The position numbers and the translations under genes are program-made. Under the pieces are notes generated by a model. It was given only the letters and a program-made list of their open reading frames with translations. It did not search any database and had not been told where the DNA came from. From Marsupella aquatica (taxonomy: Eukaryota; Plantae; Marchantiophyta), in contig OZ316897.1 in assembly GCA_973895155.1 (NCBI GenBank), positions 16,315,838 to 16,379,837 on the forward strand: a DNA stretch of 64,000 nt, in the 5' to 3' direction. Position 1 is the first letter of the stretch, and every line of letters begins with the position of its first letter. Positions 60,324 to 64,000 of this stretch are shown here, one piece after another.

Positions 60324-63300
60324 TGTGATGCCTAGACAGGAATCACTCGGCCGGTTAAGTGGGTAAAGCAGGAAGGCACCCTAGGAACACCTTAGTATAG
60401 GGACAAAACAAGGAAAATATAAACAATTAGGGGCAACCATGGAACCCGGGCCGAGGCCGGAGGTAAGGCTGAGGGTGAAAACCCGATTAGGGTTAGGGCG
60501 CGTTAAGCGTCGGCGGCTAGGAAGGATCAACGGGAAGAAGGACCGGCAGAGGAGAGGGGTAAGGAGCGCTTGCAGGAGATGGTGGCTCATTTGCGAGCAC
60601 GAACTAGGCAGACGACTACGGGAGGCCAACTACTGTCAGTTGCTTAGGCAAGCACTCGGGGAGACAGTAGATACCGACGATCGACCTAAGGAGGGTATGA
60701 GCAACGTCAATCAAGCGGCACATTTCTGGGGATGCCTGTTCGAACGGGCAACTGAGTACATCAAGACTTACGAGGACGAGGAGTCAGAAAGGGCAGCTCG
60801 AGAACGGCAGGAGCTCGCTCGATTGTGGGAGCTGCAGAAGACGGCTTTCTTAGGAGGCGAACTCATCAAGGACGAGTTCCTGTGGACGCCTACTTCCAAT
60901 CAACTCGACGATCTTCTGTTTTGCAAAGACAGCGTCATCGGCATCCGAGAGGCCATCAAGAACTGCAACGACATACACTGGGAATTAAAGGGTAGCACGG
61001 AAAGGTGGACCCAGGCAACGGTGCTAGGAGAAACCTCCACGGCAACAAAGATGAAGAGGAAGGGAGCCGTCAACGATGAAGCCACCCCGGCAAAAAGAAC
61101 GAGGTCGGCGGCACCAAAGAAGCCAGCCGAGCAGCAGAACAGGAGGCAGGGAGAAGCCGAAGAGGAGGAGGTCGATCCCATCAAGGCCATTCCAACCAGG
61201 GATGACACCTGGAAGGGCTGGGCGGCAACCCTACCGGTGGAGGTGCAACTACATTTTGCATCGTAAGCCTAATCTACTTAACAGTAATCTACTTGCCCGA
61301 ATCTACCTACGTACAGCAAGGCAGGAGCACAAGTGTTGCTCCTACCAGTGGGACCGCAATCCCACTAAGCTAAGTGTCAGGGCCGCTCCTGGTTCTGATC
61401 CTAATCCTAAACGTGGAGATCCGCGCCCGCCCTGCCCACTCACGCCTCCTCCCTCCACGTCCGCCCTCCCTAAAAGGAACGGCGCCCTTGCACCGTCACG
61501 ACACCGGTGGTGGATCCTTAATGGACGCCCCCAACGCTTCCTCCTCAGCCACTGCCGTAGGCTCATTCCCTGACAGATTACCTGCCCTTGACTGAGTCAA
61601 CTCTCCATCGGCCTGACTGGGTCCACCATCGGCGTCGGCATCGGCTCGAGAATCGGTTACGGCCTCAGCCTCGGCTACGGTCTCCCCGGCCTGCTCAAGA
61701 GGCGGATCTGGAATACTGGCCTCCTTACTGAGTAGTTCGGCTTGGGCCGCACCATCCCTACCTGTGATCATAGCGGGATCTATTGCCGTATTCATGTCGG
61801 AGGATGGTGCTGGTTCTACCTCTTTGGTCACCACGGCTTGTGGAGTCGGATTACTCCTTGACCCTGAAGGTTTCCGCTTTTTCTTCTTTTCTGGTTTGGC
61901 AGCTGGTCCCTTCCCCTTCCCACTTACCTCCGGCACTGGTGCAGTTGGCACGGCTTTTTCTTCGGCCAGTACCACTCCTGGTAACTTGGTTGCCCCAATT
62001 GGAGTTGGGCCTGATGAAGACAAGCACCTAAATACTGCGGCTTGTTTCTTCAGCCGCTCCGTTTGGTTGTCGGCCCGCCGCTGGAGGTTCTCCATCTTCC
62101 TCGTGATTTCCTCCAACTCCTCCTGGGTCTCATCCAGGTCCTTGCGTGCCTCCTCTAGTTCCTTATGGGCTTCCTCCCGTTCTTGTTTCAAGGTAGTCCT
62201 CTCCTCCTGGGTTGCTTTTAGCTCCTTGTCGAGCTCTGCAATGATGACAGACTCCATCTGGTTCATCTTGGCGTAAGTCTATTCGAGCATCTCGTCCTTC
62301 TCCCTTAGGTCGGCCTTGAAGCTAGCCGTCAGGGACGCAAGCTCCTGCTGCAGCGCCATAATCCCTTGATAGGATTTCCCTAACTCGGCCTCCTTCTGCT
62401 CAAGGGCTCCGCGGATTTTCTCGAGCTCCCCTTTCAACGCCCATTCCTTTCTTTGGGTCTTCGCCATGGCCCGGCTGTTGGCTGTTATGTGGGCCTCCTC
62501 TGTATTCTTCAGCTCTTGCTTCCACTTCTCCCTCTCTTTGATCGTGTCGGCCAACTCTTCCTGCGTCTGAGTCAGTTTATCCTTGATATTCTGATTATCA
62601 GCCTGCGCGGTGTCCAACTGCCCCTGCATGATGTTCAGCTCATGTCGTTTAATCCGCAGTTCATCTTGGGCTTTCTTGGCCGCCCTTAGATCTTCAATCT
62701 CGGCTTCCATCCTCCTAAGCCGCCGAATGACCTCGTCCTTCTTGCTTCTCTCTAAAGCCACCGCTTCTTCTAATTGGGGCTTCTCCAATTGCTCCCTATG
62801 GAAAAAGGGTCCTACTTCCAACTCCTCTCCAAAGATGCCGAGCGCAAGTTCCCCACACATCTCACCATACTCCATGGCTCTATTCCTAGCGTAGGTGGAG
62901 TAAGTAGAAGTGATCGGCATCGCCCATCGCGGCCTCTGCTCCCAAGCCGTCCTACGGATCTCTTCAATCGTGGCTAGAGGTTTGCTTCCTTTTTTGGCTA
63001 GCCGCCTGATGTCCTCCGGCCAATCTCCTCCTGGTAAATCCTTTTCCTTAGCCAGGGCGGCCTCCTCCTCCTGCTTGATTCGCTCCTGAAATTCCTGCAC
63101 CGTCTGTTTTATGCCGTCGAAGCTCGGGGGAGCAACATCTGGTGGGGGAGACTCAGAGGGCTACTCTGCTGGTTGGGGTCCCCTCGCACTACCCTTGGAA
63201 GTGTGGGGACAAACCGGCCACAGGTCCTTACTCCTGGAACGTGATGGTCCGACCCATAGCCGGAATTATCATGGCTGCAGTCCTCCACTGCCTCCTCTAC

Positions 63301-64000
63301 CTCTTGGACGTCCGGCTTCTCCCTCTCCTCTTCGTCGGTAGGAGCTTCAGGCAATTCTGCCTCAGATTCGGAGCTTGAGGTTTCCCACGTACATTCGAAC
63401 ACCTGGCTTGGATTCCGGCCTGATTCTCTCCTTGTCTCCAGCAAAGGGGTTTTCTCTTGTGAGCCGGTGTAGGCCTACCTCTGTAGTAGTGTCCTGCATT
63501 GTTGCCGTTGCCGTTGTTGTTGCCGATGCCGATTTCTTTTCTTTCTCCAGTAGTTTCAGCAGACTCTGCATGCCTGGTTGCTGCATCGGCAAGTCTTCCT
63601 TCCTGGGCCTAAACACCTGCTCGATTGTAGGACTAACAGGTGGTTGAGGCTTCTCAGCCAACGGCCTCGGTGTTGGAGCTTCCTCGGGTGCCCTTACCTG
63701 CAGGGGAAGTACCGGGGCAAAAGTCTGAACCTCTGGCATACCGGCAACAACAGCGGCATGTGATAGCCCAGCCGCGACATGCTCCCCATGCCGATTACCT
63801 GCTGCTCCTCCTTTAAGATCTTCTTCAATTGGTTGAGGAGGTACCCGTTGTAGTCCCGGCTTGGGTCTGGCCTTTCTGCCAGATAGACCTGTGCCTTGCC
63901 GATCTCTGCCCTCGGCAAGTTACAATGCATGGTCACCCGCAAGAAGTCGATCATCTCTCCTATGTGCGGGTTGGTGCAGGTGTTCCGGAAGAAGCCATTC
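60324..64000 (+). mobile_element. Third LTR copy of the same family, starting in + orientation, with an internal inversion from ~61255; runs off the window
   Basis: 60324-61260 is the reverse complement of 47678-46742. 61255-64000 is a direct copy of 43695-~46430. Preceded by TTGAT. Confidence 0.92.
60439..61266 (+). pseudogene. N-terminal 275 aa of the LTR-embedded ORF, truncated at the inversion junction
   Basis: Reads through IHWELKGSTERW where the left LTR has a stop; ends VQLHFAS* at the junction. Confidence 0.8.

Noticed and set aside
63150-63750. Cluster of 1-2-nt insertions in the third LTR ORF as programmed frameshifts
   Set aside because: Absent from the left LTR; more likely decay or sequencing/consensus error.

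Overview
Eukaryotic land-plant nuclear DNA (spliceosomal introns, plant TF families, TTTAGGG motifs; species not determinable). 0.7-8 kb holds two conserved host genes: a CIA30/NAD(P)-binding Rossmann protein of the At4g18810/HCF173 family (+) and phospholipid N-methyltransferase PLMT (-). 12.9-29.4 kb is a divergent transcription-factor island: two head-to-head euAP2-like paralogues with a duplicated half-domain exon pair and GC-AG donors, enclosing a decayed Helitron and an intronless double-B3 ORF. 31-43 kb holds MITEs, ~150-bp tandem arrays, a SAM-like multi-exon gene with a partial duplicate, and an RPA70 C-terminal OB-fold pseudogene. 43-64 kb is dominated by a non-chromoviral Ty3/gypsy family. 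Its LTR is ~4.65 kb and carries a sense-strand ORF of ~1,210 codons (PMD-like domain, long coiled coil, basic NLS-like patch), placed after the PPT and therefore copied into both LTRs. This LTR-embedded gene is the most unusual feature. Three LTR copies with complementary lesions allow it to be reconstructed. A displaced TSD points to an inversion between two head-to-head elements, and one LTR has a further internal inversion at a 6-bp microhomology.
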